From the human T2T-CHM13v2.0 reference genome, Homo sapiens, in the NCBI RefSeq assembly GCF_009914755.1, contig NC_060938.1: a stretch of DNA of 64,000 nucleotides; one strand, given 5' to 3'. Made by a program: the position numbers and the translations under genes. Position 1 is the first letter of the stretch. Each line of letters begins with the position of its first letter. The notes beneath the pieces are model-generated. The model made no database searches, was not told where the DNA came from, and saw nothing but the letters and a program-made list of their open reading frames with translations. Positions 31,350 to 46,059 of this stretch are shown here, piece by piece.

Positions 31350-34162
31350 TACTGTTTTGCTAGAATAATCCTCCTTTCTCTTCCTCTTCCTGATCAGTAC
31401 CCAGCACTCTATCTGGTCAGCCTCTTCCCGCTACTTTTAGAAATCCCCACAGGCTCCCAGGCAGCCTGGGTTTCTAGGGCTCTGTCTCCCACTTTGGGGG
31501 GTTACCTGGGGGGCAGCTCAGCTGGTTAGGGTTAATTGCTGCAGTTTCCCAAGGCCCTTTGGCAGCTCTCCTCTGGATTAGGGACTCTGAAGTATGTGCT
31601 CTTGGTCTCCAGGCAGGGCTAATTCCATGGATGAGGGGTGAGAGGAGGTGGAAGTCTGGCCAGATCGCCAACAAGGAGTCACAGGTGCCTGTAGTCATGG
31701 AGTTGGTGGTTGTGCTGTATTTAGGACCCACTCACCTAACCCTCTTCACTTGCAAGGTGGCAGCCAGATTCAGCTTCCCTTACAGTGTCCTGGTGGGGCC
31801 GGGTGTGGGCTATATCCAGGGCTGAGCATGCCCTGGGCTGGACTAGGAGTAGGGAAGTGGTTAGAGCAGAAGCGGGGCAGGAGAGCCCCTCCTACCCTGG
31901 GGTCTGACTCCACCTGTGCCTGCAGCCCCCGCAGGGGAGAGATGCCTCCAGGCTCTCATATTGTTTGCTTCTTTCCAGCACTGATCCAACTTCTCCCCAT
32001 CCTCCTCTTATTTACTCATGTGCATTTATTGAGCACCTCCTCTGTGCCAGGTACTACACCAGCCCCTGGGGTTCCTGCCCCCTGGAGCGCCCTGGCTGTG
32101 CCCCTTGGAGTGCCATTCTCCCATGCTGGCAGGGTCCAGCTGAGGTCAGCTCACCCTCTAGCAGCCCAGGCTGCATCACGGGCCCAAAGCTACCTGGAAA
32201 CCTTTGGCGGTCTGTAGACTTGCTTCTCCTGGTCCTGAGCACCACCTTTGTTTGTTCAGGCATCTGGTTTGTCTCCCCAGACTGTCCCCAAGAAGGCTAC
32301 CAAATGAATATTCTGGGAATGGAACAGAAGGATCTGGTGGCCATGAAGCCATGTACAGGAGGACTAGGGGCCAGGGAGTGGGATCGCCTCCTCCCAGCTG
32401 GGCCTCATCCTGCCTTCCCAGCAGCTCTCAATAAAAAATACATTTGTATTAAAAACATAATGAAGAATAAAAAAACCCATTTCCCCCCCAATAATGCTGA
32501 CATCAAAAGAAGATTTTTATCAATTATGAGAGAGATTTCGGCCATAAAATTGCAATTTAACTAGTGGGAGATGGATGGCAGGAAGCATTGCTGTCAGCAC
32601 GGACGGATGGCCTGCCGTTAGTCACTGCGGGAGAGGCAAGGCAATGGTCGAGGTGGCCCTGGCTTGTGCTTCCTGCTGATGCCCCATCTGGCCCGACCTT
32701 CTCCCTGTGACCACTGCCCTCCTGCAGGCCTGTACCCTGTCTGTGCCCTGCTCCCGGCCTGTGTCCTGCACCTTGAATCCTGGTGTCACCATGTTCTATG
32801 TCATCCTGGGTAAGTTTTGTGATTTTGCTGAGCCTTGGTTTCCTCATGTTTAAACAGGGATGATAAGAGAGCCTTCACATGAATAGGGCTGTGGTGAGGA
32901 ATGAATGCTATAGCCCAGCCAAAGTGCACTGCCTGGTGAATGGTAAATGCCAGTTCACTGTCAGCTGTGCTTGTTACGTGTCGAGTTGTTGCGAGAGCAA
33001 AATTTGGCAGTTAAGACCAGCACCCTCATCTTGTATCCAGCACCTTGCCTGGTGCCTCGATCTTCCTGAGGTTTAACAAATACTGACTCTGTTTGTTCAC
33101 CTTCTGTTGTTCAGTGGCAAGTGCTTTGGACAAAAGTTATCTGGGAGAATCACTCATGGGTTGTGAGGGCTTATAAATCATTTAGTGCGACCCCCACATT
33201 TCACAGGTGAGGAAACTGAGGCTCAGAGAGGGGCAGTCACTTGCTTAATGACACAACTGGTTGGTGGTAGAAACAGGACTAGAACCCAGGTCTCCTGATT
33301 CCTGATCCAGTGCTCTTTCTCCTGGACTATTCTGTTTCAGATGGAAGCTCAGTGCCCGGAAGAGAGGGCAGCACTCAATCGAGCAATCGGGCTGGGCTTG
33401 CTGTCAGAGCCACCCAGTGGGCCTCCGTAGCTTGCATTGTCCTTGGGACCTTGTAGTTTCCTGCGGACTTTGAGGAAGCCATATTTTCCTAAGTCCAGGA
33501 TCCTATGGTTCTTTTTGTCCTTCTTCCAGTCTTTTGTCTTGCCAGTGGTTTGGGGTGATTATACTAATGTGCTCACCAGTTCACTCTCAGTCCACAGGCT
33601 GCACGTGGGGTGCCTCCCCTTTGTTGGGATCTAGTGCTCAGGGTCGTGCCCAAGCCCTCTGATCGGCTGGTGTGTCTGGATTGTTCCATACCCACTTCCT
33701 GCAGATAAAAGGCCTCAACCCATGGTGGCCCCATTCACTAACCCCGGGAAGGTTGGGACCCACCACTTGTTGGTTTGCTTACCTAGAGAATACAGATTTG
33801 TAGAGCAACTGCTATTCTCTTACCCATGTGCCACTGCAGCGGGGGATATACAGAATGTTAAAGCTGTGCCCCTCCCTCCAAAGCCAAGCAGGCAGAACCG
33901 TGCACAGAGGGAGTAATTAGAGAACAATTAAGCCCTCAGCTGTGGGGCTGATGGTTGGGAAGTTCAGGGGAAGTTCAGAGGCGGGTTCCTGGTGGTGGGG
34001 GTTTGGGCTTTGAACTGGTCCTTGAAGGGTGGGTAAGATTTGAGGAGGGGAATTCTGAGGGCACACAGGGTTGGCAGTTGGTGGTGAGTAATGACCACAG
34101 GTAATTCAATGCCCAGAGAGCCGACAAGCTGGCCTGGAGTGGCAGGGAGCTTTGGTTGGATG

Positions 34163-34620
34163 GCGTATTGGTTTTCTCGGGCTAGCCGCAAACCTCTGGC
34201 TTAAACCACAAATGTATTGTCTCACAGTTCTGGAGGCCAGAGGTCTGAGATCAAGGTATCAGCAGGGTGGGTTCCTTCTGAGGCCGCGAGGGAGGATCTG
34301 TTCTAGGCCTCGGCCCTAGCTTCTGGGGGGTTTGCTGGCAATCCCTGCTGTTCCTTGGTTTGGAGATGCATCTCCCCAATCTCTGCCTTCATCTTCACAT
34401 GGTATCCTCTTTATGTGGGTGTCTGGCTCTGTGTCCAAATTTCCCCTTTTTATAAGGACACAGTCATGTTGGATTATGATTGTGCTATTCCAGTATGACC
34501 TCATCTTAACTAATTATTAATATATCTGCAATGACCTCATTTCCAAATAAGGTCACATTCTAGGCTGGGGTTAGGACTTCCACATATGAATATTTATGGA
34601 GCACAGTTCAACCCACAACA
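34163..34620 (-). mobile_element. MLT1 LTR
   Basis: ttgtctcacagttctggaggcc...ttccaaataaggtcacattct...cagttcaacccacaaca. Confidence 0.8.
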
Positions 34621-36362
34621 GATGGGTGCATTAGGTCTTCTGTGGTTGTAAGGATCTTAACTCCAACTTGAACTAGCTAAGGCAAAAAAGGAGATGTGTT
34701 ACATTGTAGTTAGGGTTGGGCTAGAGTTGGGCCTTGGGGTGTCTTCTGGGACTCTTGTATCTCTCCCGGCAACTTCTGTCTGTGGGTCAGCCTCATTCAC
34801 AGCTGCTTCCCTCCATGACCAGCTGCCATTGACAGCTTTTAGCCTCACCTCTTCTCAGCTTCACACCTAAGAGGGCCTGACCCTGCTCCCCAATTTCAGG
34901 ACTCTGATTGACTTAGCCTAAGTCAGATGTTGTACCGGGTTAAATAGTGTCCACTCCACCCAGCCCCACTTTTCTTTATAAATTACCCAGCCTCAGGTAT
35001 TTATAAAAACGTGAGAATGGACCAACACAGATGGGTAAAGGCAGACAAGATGGTAGGTATTAGTGTTGGTGGATAATAACATATGGTTGTGTTTATTTGG
35101 TACTTGTTATGTAGTGTGCATTGGCTGGATGTGTTACAGATATTGTTTGTAACCTTTACAATAACTCTGTAAGGCTGGTAGATTACCATTCTGGTTTTCC
35201 ATCTGAGGAGGCAGAGGCCCTGAGAAGGTAACAGCTATGTTCATGTAGCCAGTAAGAAGCAGAACCAGGATTTGAGCTCTGATGACATCTCCACTCTTCC
35301 CGCTATGCAGCTCCTAGCCCTGCAGAAGGGCTGGTTTCTGGGGGACGTTAAAGAGAGCCATAGGCATTGGGTCTTGCTGTGGCAAGTTTTAGGGTATCTT
35401 CTTAGGCCCCAGGTCTTAGAAGTAAAGTCAAATCAGCTAATAGCCTGTGTGTTCTTGTGTGTGCCCAAGACTGATAAAGAGACATTTTAGGCAAAGTGAG
35501 CTAATGGTGTAGGACGGATGGAGGGAGCCAAAGGAGGGGCCCTGCGAGGAGGCTCTTTCCATCATCCATATCTTGCAAAGGTGAGCTCTCCCTATGGAAC
35601 CTTTTTAGCTGTCTCCCTAAGCTGGGGCAGGTGCCATTTTTTTCTCCCCTCAACATCCCCCTGGAGCTCAGAGCGTGAGTGTCCCAGGTTGGGCAGTGAG
35701 TCAGGAGGCCATAGCCTGGAGGACAAATGCCATGGTTATGGCTCTTGAAGGACTTGCCCTGGCAGTTGGCCCCATGCCTTCTAGGACTGCCACAGGGGTC
35801 ACAGAGTCCTCATTTCCTCCCTGACTGGAACTCGTGGCCTTCCCTCTCTTCTCCAGGGAGAAGGGGAACAGGTCTCCCCTGCAGGCCACTCAGGGCTGGG
35901 GCTGTCAGTATGGGCAGGGTGGATGTGATTGCAGTGGCTTCTGATGCCTCTCCCTGTCTCCTCGTGACCCAGAGGTCTGTTCTTCCTCGTGGCAGTCCTG
36001 GGAGAGGGGATGGCTTTTTGGAGGAGCCTCAGGCCTGCCCAGATGTACAATGAACATACTGGCCAACATGGCCAAATGAGTGAGGAATACATGCTTGTCT
36101 TAGTTTGGGCTTTCCTAAAAACAAACAATAATTTGAGTAAAAGTGATGTTGTGGGATGCTCAGATGTTGCCAGTAGGGAAGTGGGGATGTGGTTCAGGAA
36201 GGGGGAGGCAGCTGGTAACTCTCTGCTCTTAAACCAGTGGCTACTGTGGGCAAAATCAGGTTAGTCCTGTGGGCAGACTGGGAAATGGTGTCAAATACGT
36301 ACCTTTCACCCATCCCACCCAAGGGCCAAGGTAGGATATTCATTCATACACCAACTTCCTAA

Positions 36363-36635
<273 letters not shown>

Positions 36636-37681
36636 TAACTTCTTTAACTGACAGCTGCTCCTGGGAGCTGATACTTCCTGAGACTTGGAAGTCCCAGGGA
36701 GTCTCTGGCACAGATGCAAATCCTGGGGGTCATGCAGGAGCTGAAGGGGAGGTCTGAGGGGAGCAGGTGGAGCACTGTCAGGGCTAGGCCAGCATCATCT
36801 CAAAGAAGCCTCACAACTGCTCTGTGAAAGTAAGTACTGTTTTTATTATTCCTATTTCACAGAGGTGCAAACTGAGGCCAGAGATGTTAGGTCTCATGCC
36901 TAAGTCACTCAGAGAGCGTGAGCAGAGTCAGGTCTGGCTTCAGAACCCAGGCTTTCTAACCCCAGCATTCCATGGCTCTTTGCAAAGGGTCCTGCGCTTT
37001 TCACAAAGTTTTCTCATCTTAGCAGCTTACGCCTTCTGTCAGCATTCCCAAGTGGGAGGCAGGGCAGGCAGATGAGGAAACCTCGCAGGTCAAGGAACTG
37101 AATATTTAGCATTTCCTCTGTCCTGGGCATGAATTAGATGTTTTCAAACACATGGTCTCATCTAGTCCTCACAACAGCTCAGAGAGATTGGCGTCCCTTT
37201 CCCATCACTTCCAGACATAGAAACTGAGACTCTGAGATGTTAAGTAACTTCCTCAGGGTCACACAGCAGGATGGTGGCTGAGCCAGGAACTGAGCTTGAG
37301 TGTCACCGGACTCCAGAGACACACACTTCAGTCACACAAGCTGCTTCTGGGAGGTGAGTGACCCGAGAGATCTGTCTGCGAGGTTGGGCGGGGCCAGCAC
37401 CTTTCCTCTGACCGCACATCTTGCCTTCCGCTCCGGGCTGGCCTCTGACCTGTGTTCCCTAAAAGCCAATCATAAGGTGGCTGAGGAGGTTCTTGAAGAA
37501 GAGGGAAGTGGGGTGTTAGGCTCTTCCCTGTCTTACCCCTGGGAAAGGTGCTGCCTCTCTGTGCTCTCAGATGGGGGGCTGGCCTTGGGGGGAGAGTGGG
37601 GGTGCCCTCTTGCTCTCCCGCCTGCTTCCTTAGAGCTGGGTCTTCTTGCTGTGCCGCCCCCAGGTCCCCTTTCCCCACTCC

Positions 37682-37978
<297 letters not shown>

Positions 37979-37999
37979 CTCCCCACTGCTTTTAAAAAA

Positions 38000-38160
38000 G
38001 TTTTAATGTTTATTTTAATAGTTTTTAGAGTACAGGTGGTTTTTGGTTACATGGGTAAGTTCTTTGGTGGTGATTCTGAGATTTAGTGCACCCGTCGCCT
38101 GAGCAGTGTACACTGTAACCAATAAGTAGTCTCTTATCCCTCACCTCCCTCCCCACCGCT
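38000..38160 (-). mobile_element. L1PB-type 3' end fragment
   Basis: tacaggtggtttttggttacatgggtaagttcttt...gagcagtgtacactgta. Confidence 0.75.
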
Positions 38161-38597
38161 TTCTACCTGCTGCTGCCACTTGGCAGCAGAGGGAGCCGAG
38201 CCCTCCATGTCTAGCTGATTTATGTTCACTGTTAAAACAATAATGTTTAATCTGGAAAGGGCTAATCAAGTTTTTATGCTGATTATGAATAGGCCAGCTG
38301 GGCCTGCTTCTTTATTCATGGAGCTTCAGAAACAAGCCCATTTCCCAGGCCAGGCCTCCTTGGTGATTTATGCCATGGGAGGCCCTGTTCAAGGGGAGCT
38401 CATCAGTGGCTTTACCTGTGCCACTTTGGAAGGGAAGCCTCGGCAACTGCTGGCATGTGCATAAGTGTGCGTGTGTGTGCCTGCATGTAACCGGGCAGTG
38501 TAGCCTGACCCCAGGTGGAGAACTGGACTTGAGTATGTACTTGTGTTTGAATGTGTGCACTTGTGTGTGTGTGTAGGTTGGCTGGGATGAGGCTGGG

Positions 38598-38911
38598 TGA
38601 TATGCTTTGGCTGTGTCCCCATGCAAGTCTCATCTTGAATTGTAGCTCCCTCATCCTGTTCTTGTGATAGTGAGTTAGTTCTCACATAATCTGATGGTTT
38701 TATAAGGGGCTTCCCCCTTCACTGGGCACTCATTCTTCTCCTTCCTGCCGCCATGTGAAGAAGGAAGTGTTTGCTTCCCCTTCTGCCACAATTGTTAGTT
38801 TTCTGAGGCCTCCCCAGCCACACCGAACTGTAAGTCAATTAAACCTGTTTTCTTTATAAATTCCCCAGCCTTGGGTATGTCTTTATTAGCAGTGTGAGAA
38901 CAGAATAATAC
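38598..38911 (+). mobile_element. THE1 solo LTR, internally deleted
   Basis: tgatatgctttggctgtgtcccc...cagcagtgtgagaacagaataataca. Confidence 0.85.
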
Positions 38912-41057
38912 ACTGGGCTACCATTAGGATGGAAGGTAGGAGTTACAGGATCATGGCATTAGAAAGGCTAATCAGGATCAAGTACTCTAACACTCTGCTT
39001 TTACAAGTGAGGAACTAATACCCAAGGTGAGGTGACTTCGCTGAGGTCCCACAGCTGGGTGGTGGCAGTGGGGAGACTGTGGGACTAGACTGCCCCCCAT
39101 CCCCGTACTCTTACTGAGAGTGCAGAACTCTTTCCACAGTGGTACAAATGGGACAAGAGGGTTGGAGGAAGGAACTGCATGGGCTGCTTTGCTTGAGTTC
39201 TCTTGATTCATCACAACCACCCTGATGCCTCTGAGGAGCTTACATTTTATGGTACAGAAAGAGCTATAGACTGAACTTTGAAAGAGGTCAGCACAAGAAG
39301 AGAGAAAGTTATCTGAGGTTTAGGTTACAGCATTTGGGTGTTCTTGGAATCTGCAAATAGGGTTGCAGGAGGGGTGGATGGGGCTTTCTGGAGGAGGTGA
39401 GAGGTGAGCAGGACTTCAGTGTGGTCAAGAGGAGAATGTACAGAAAGGCATGGAGAAGGCCTTTGGGGCAGGACTGAAGAAGTCCTTTATGGTGTCACCT
39501 GAGGGTGGGGTCTGAACCTTGAGGCCAGACTAGGGAGGCCTATGTCTCCCAGGCTGGGGTGGGGCAGGTGCTGGGCCTGGATGGCTTGGGTGTCCACAGG
39601 CAGGGGCTACTGTATGTGGACTCTGCGTGTCCCCTCTCCCTGCTGGGGCTTCACCAATCATTTGTGTATTCATTGTTTGACTTTGCAGGTATTTAGTGCG
39701 CTTCTGTGTGCTGGCCCCAGGGGTTATGAGGGTGAACAAGCTACCATCAGGGCACTATGATCTATTTATAGGGGAATAGCAGCTGTTAAATGTGTGAGGA
39801 GAAAAATAAAGCTTTAATAACACCTGTGGTAAGTGCCCTAGACTTTTCCTCTTGGCATTTGAGTGACTGCAGGGAGGTTGCAGTATTGAAGCTGAGACCA
39901 GAGGATGGTTAAGGGACAGGTGGATGGGACAATGAGAACGAGAATGCAGAGACCTCAGGATGGGAAAGAGCCTGGGTCTGTCCAGGGACAGGAGGGGCTT
40001 GGTGGCAGCAGGGCAGACAGAGACCCTGAAAGATAAGGCTGGAGAGCTGAGCTGGGTGTGCTGAGGGGGTCTGAGGCTGGTGTGGGGAACAAGAGTAGAA
40101 CTCACTGGAAGACCAGTTATGGGGCAGTTATGGTCATCCAGGCAAAATGGGGCGGTGGCTTGGACATAGGGAAGTGGAGAGGAGAGGACTGACATATTTG
40201 CAGATGGAAACCACAGGACTCAAGGATGGGTTACATGGAGAGGTGTGGAGGAGGTGGAGGTGCCACAGTCACCTCCCCAGGTTCTGGCATGGACGGTGGT
40301 GGGTGTTAGCAGGTCATCCTACTGGCAGTCGGGGAAGGAATTTTCTATAATGCTGGAATTTGCATAGTTGCCTCCTCTTTCCTCAGGGTAGGAGCGAGTG
40401 GGTTGTGGTCAGAACGTCGGCAAGTGGCACTGAGCAATGTGGGGTTCAGCATTGAGAGGCTGAACAGCCTACGGTCCCTGGTTTCTAGATATTAAAAAAA
40501 AAAGAAAACTCCTTAGCACCCTGATCTAATGAGAGCTCTGGGGTGTGAGTGTTTCCCTGTCACCGGGTTTGTGGATGGAGAGGCTGTTATTTCAACAGCT
40601 AGAGCTGCTCCTGCACGTCAGCCACGAAGTCCTCATAGTGATGAGAGTCTGGCCTGGCCCCACTGCTGTGTGTGAACTATGGACTGTTGCCTGCACGTGA
40701 GCGGCAGAGGAAATTGGGCTCCTTGGGAAGAGAGGAAGATGTCGCTTCAACTGAGCAGGGCTGAGCATTTGGCCCTGGTGCTGGGAAGGAATGACATTGA
40801 GGAGGAAGCCCAGGAGGGAAACAGGGACTGGTTTCAAGTGTCCTCCCCTGGCATGGCAGAACTAGGAAGCTGTGATGTTCCCCTTCCTGGTCTCACATCT
40901 TGGGGTTCACACTTGACCTATGTTCCCCTCATCTCATTCCCCAGCTTTCCAGCCCCACCATGACCCTGCAAAATATTGCAAAAGACTAAAAATGGACTTC
41001 CACTGAGAGCGTAACACTAGTGCTGTAATCATCGGTTTGTAAAATTTGTAAAGGGCC

Positions 41058-41537
41058 TGTATGAGGCTCCTATTGGCTGCTGTCACAAATTACCACACAT
41101 TGCATGGTTTCAGTCAACACACATTTATTATCTTATCCTGCAGGCCAGCAGTCTGAAAATTAAGGTGTTGACTGGGCTGTATTCCTTCTAGAGGCTCTAG
41201 GGGAGATTCCCTTTTCTTGGCTTTTCCAGCTTATAGAAGCCACCTGCCTCCCTTGGCTTGTGGCCCCTTCCTTCATCTTTACAGCCAGTGGTATAGCATC
41301 TTCCAGTCTCCCTCTGCCTTTTTTACCCTGTCACCTCTGCATCTGTCATGTCATCTCTTTCTCTAATTCTGCCCTTCCTACCTCCCTCTTGTAAGGATTC
41401 TTGGGTTGATATTGGGCCCACCTGGATAATCCACGTTCATCTTTCCACCTCAAAAGCCTTGCCTTTGGGGCACCTGCAAAGTATCTTTTGCCATATAAGG
41501 TGAACATCTTTGGGGGGCTCATTTTCTGCCTACCACA
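41058..41537 (-). mobile_element. MLT1 LTR
   Basis: gctgtcacaaattaccac...gaggctctaggggagatt...ttctgcctaccaca. Confidence 0.75.
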
Positions 41538-41539
41538 GT

Positions 41540-41712
41540 GTCAGATAATAAATGTTTTAGGTGTTGCAGGCCATACCATCTCTCTGTCACAACTGGTTAC
41601 CTCTGTAGTGGTGGCACAAGCGCAGCCATGGGCAACATGTCAACAAATGAGCATGCGCCCCAGTAAACCACAGGTCTACCAAGGCAGAGAGAGATGGGTC
41701 GCTGATCCCTGT
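41540..41712. mobile_element. MER58-like hAT fragment
   Basis: cagataataaatgttttagg...tgcaggccatac...gcagccat...ccagtaaac. Confidence 0.6.
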
Positions 41713-41899
41713 GCTAGTGTTCTTAATCACTGCTCTGCTTGCTGAACTGAGCCAGTAGAGTTATGTTGACTGCCACCCCCCGACCTCCCAAGTGTGGACT
41801 TCGTCTCCCCAGTAGATCCATGGAGCCTGGGTTTACCTCCCTTTAAAATTCCTGGGCACTGCTGGTATCATATGCCAAGTGAATCCAGAAAGCTTTTTA

Positions 41900-42286
<387 letters not shown>

Positions 42287-42689
42287 TTAGGCACATTTGC
42301 TGTGTGGCATTTTGCTACCTCCTGAAGCCCAGGACGTCTGTCCTGATAGCAAATGGAGCTGCTGTAAGTGAAGAATGCTGTGCTTTGTGGATGCAGGAAC
42401 AACTGAGGGTTGTCGGAAAAGGCCTTTGGGGTTTTGTGAGGGTGAGCTTGTCAGGTTTTAGAATTCACGGCCCTCATCAGAAATGAATGTGAGCCTTTGT
42501 GGCTGGGCGTTCACCTCAGTGGGCAGGAGCTGTGGATGGGGACCCCTTCCCAAGGGGGAAATAGGGAAACCAAGTCTGGATTCCTAGTTTGGGAGTTGCT
42601 GGCTTTTGTATTTCTGGCTCTCTCCAGTCTCTGTGTCTCATTCTCCTTATTCATGGTTCACACATGCTGTTCCCTTTGCCTGGAAGGCT

Positions 42690-42910
42690 TCTCTACCTCC
42701 TGGGTTCAAACGATTCTCCTGCCTCAGCCTCCCAAATAGCCGGGACTACAGGTGTGTGCCACGATGCCTGATTAGTTTTTTATTTTTTTGTAGAGATGGA
42801 GTCTTGTTAATGTTGTCCAGGCTGGTTTTGAACTGCTGACCTCAAGTGATCTTCCTGTCTTGGCCTTCCAAAGTGCTGGGATTACAGATGTTGAGACACT
42901 GCACCTGGCC
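42690..42910 (-). mobile_element. Partial Alu inserted in L2
   Basis: Alu consensus, truncated at its tail end. Confidence 0.8.
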
Positions 42911-45900
42911 AGCTTCTCCTTCCTTTCTTCAGCTAGTTAACTGGCTCCTCAGCCTTCAGATCTCTGCTGTTTGTCATCTTCTCAGAGAAGCTCTCTCTGC
43001 TCTCCCTGAGCAGGTTCAGCCCCTGAGCATAGGCTCTTATGGTGCCAGCTTTCCCTTCATTGCACTTGTCAGAGTTGGCCATTTTACTTTTATTTGTGAT
43101 TATGTGGTTACTTTCTATCGCCTTCCCTTGACTTCTAAGTTCTAGCTGTAACTCCGGAGGCTGGTGGCTGTACCCACTTTGGATTTACTCCTCAAATGCC
43201 CAGTGATTAACATCGTGCCCTGCACATATTAGTCACTTAGTAAACATATGTTGGATAGATAAATGAGTGATCCATAGCGAATATATTCTCCTTTATAAAA
43301 TGTAGGCAATAATCTCTCCTCTAACCTCAAGAGAGGGTTGAGAATTACATACGAGCATTTTGAAGGGACCAGACCTTACCCAGATATAAGGAACTACCCA
43401 TGGTTGAGCATTCAGTCCGTGCAGGGCAAAGATATCCTGACATTCCCTTGTATTGACCCAAGCTCAAATTCAAGGGGGAGGTGGTGGGTTCTCACGTGGG
43501 CAGGCTTGCAGTGCTGGGTGCAGGGCCCGTCTTGCCTGGGTCTAATCTCCTGGTACCACCTCTCTCAACTGTGGTGGGGCATAAGCACTTGGCCTCTGGG
43601 GCTCAGGGCTGGCTCATTGCCTCAGTACTTGGATCACCCAGGGGTTACCTGCCTGGCCTGGGCCCTGGCTCTGGGTGTCTCTGGCTTCATACTGTACTGT
43701 GTCCAGGACCTCTGGTCTCTTTTACCCTAGAGATCTCTGTTACAGGCAGGGACATAGATATGTCACCCTGTGAGGCTATAGATGTTATTAAGATGGGGAA
43801 TGCTGAAAGATTAGATTTATGATAGCCAACGGTGGATTATGAAGAATAATTTATCAAATGTCAGTGCCTGTGGCCTACAATTTACAGAAGGTTTGCTTAA
43901 ACTGGGAGGTCTGATTGGACTGTCCCTTCCCCCCCCACGAATGAATGACAGCTCTACTGGATGGCTTCCCAGGCTGGCCAGCCACACTGGGTGTTTATCT
44001 GCTTTTTATTAATCATTATTATCACAACATTTCCGTAGAGTCCCTTCATCCACAGCTCTCAAGGTACCCAGCACCTAGGAGGCTCCCTCAGCCACCGTGA
44101 AGGAACTGTAGCCACTTCTGGGAGGTGTTTCAGCTCCCCTGGATCAGCTGGAGGGCCCAAGGTTCCCTCTCCCTGATGAGGACAGGGGAAATCTAACCTG
44201 AATTCCATTCATCTGTTAGGAAATACTTACCGAGTACCATCAGGTGTAAGGTGCTTTTGATGCAGTGCTGAGCAAAAGCAGATGTCTATAGTCTAGAAGA
44301 GAAGGGGGAGATTAAGCAAATATGAAGAGGTAAATGTGCAGCTGTGGCGATTGCTCTCAAGGAAGGTGCATGAACCCTGAGAATGTACGCAGGGGAGACC
44401 TCTCTGAGGAGGTGATTGTTCAGCTGTGATTGGAAGAATGAGTGGGGGAAGGGAGCCTTTTGGCCAGAGGGGACAGTGTGTGCAAAGGGCCCATGGTGCA
44501 TGCAGAGAGCATGCTGGTGGCTGAACGAGGTCATATGTTTCTAGCAGAGGGAGGAGGGTGGGGCAGGAGAGGTAGGCCGGGTCAGACCCCATGGGTCATG
44601 TTCAAGATTTTGGCTCTAGGAAGCTGGTGTAGTGACTTATGCAGCGAGAAGTGACATGATCAGCTTATGTTTGGGAAACTCACCCTAGCTGCATGTGTAG
44701 GCTGGATTGGAAGAGATAGGGCAGGCTGGTGAGGAGGTCATTGCAGTCTCTGGGGAAATGAGGGTGGTGGCTTACACTCACTGATGGAAGCAGACTGAGA
44801 GTCCGAAACTGCTGACTCTGTGCCCAGCACTCTTCACTGTAGCACTCTGCCCTCATAACTGGAGGCGTCATGTGAGGCACCCACTACTATGGCAGTTATT
44901 GGGGGGCTACTATAGGCTCTATTCTAGACCCTTTATGTATGTGGTTTCATATGACCCTATGAGGTCAATATTAAAATAACCATTTTACAGATAAGGAAAC
45001 TGAGGTACAGTGGATTTGAGCCTTGGCAGTTTGACCTAGAGCCTGCACTGGAATCACCAAGCCTTACAGCTTCTCAGGCTAGACTGTCCTGACGAGCTGA
45101 TAGACGTGTCTCAGAGTGCGCACACAGCCATCCTGGAGTATGGGTGCCCCTGGCTTCTTTTCTTCCCTACCTGTCAGCCGCTGGTCATCATCTTGAGGGA
45201 AGAAAGAAGCTTGGTCTGACCTGTGATGCCCTTGACAGAGCCAGGGGGGTGATGGCCTTGTGCCAGGAGGCGGTTCAGCAATTGGCAAGCATTGTGCCAG
45301 CCTCAGTGCAGGAACAGTTTTGTAATTTCTGGGATTGGCCCTTGTCAGGAGGGCCTCAGGTTCTGCTGCTGGCCCTTCATTTTCTTTTCAGCTTGGCAAC
45401 AGCAATAGCTAATGGCTCTGCAGAACCAATAGTTTGATCTTTTGGAACCCCAGAAAGAACACAAACTCCATGGAAGACAAGGTCGGCGTGTCCTTGAGCT
45501 GTTATTGCCATTATTATTTTTATTATAATAAATTGCTCTGAGCGGGAAGCTGGTGGTGAGGGTATTCCCACCTTGAGGCAGAGCAGCTGTTGAGTGGGAC
45601 AGAGGTCCAGACAAGGAGTGAGGAGGGAGAGAGACACTTGATGCCTGTTCTCCCCTCTGATCACCATGGTCACATCAGAGGTCTCCTCTTCTTACCTTGC
45701 CGAACATTTCTTTCAGGATTGGAGGAAGCAGCAATGTGCAGGAAGCACTGTCTCCAGCAGGCCCTGCTAAAATACAAGTGTGTTTTTCTGAGAGGCTGTT
45801 GCCTTTGGACGTCTCCTCATGGCCAGAGACTGTGTTAAGTACACCCTATGTAATTAACATGGTTCCTGTCATATGATGGTCCTGCAGTAAATATGTGTTG

Positions 45901-46059
45901 ACTGATTGGCTTAGGCTAAGGAATAGCAAATTGGTTTCATTTCGTATATGAACTCTGGTCAATTTGTAGTGGCTGCCTGGAGCACTGTGTTGAGATTCCA
46001 AGGCACCATCTGGGATCATCAGGAATGGACTGGTGATGTCTGGCATGGGTTTGCTTGGG

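Noticed and set aside
32690-32775. Degenerate ~18-bp repeats (GAGHRPGAGHRQ)
   Set aside because: Short, low-complexity and not part of a supported coding exon.
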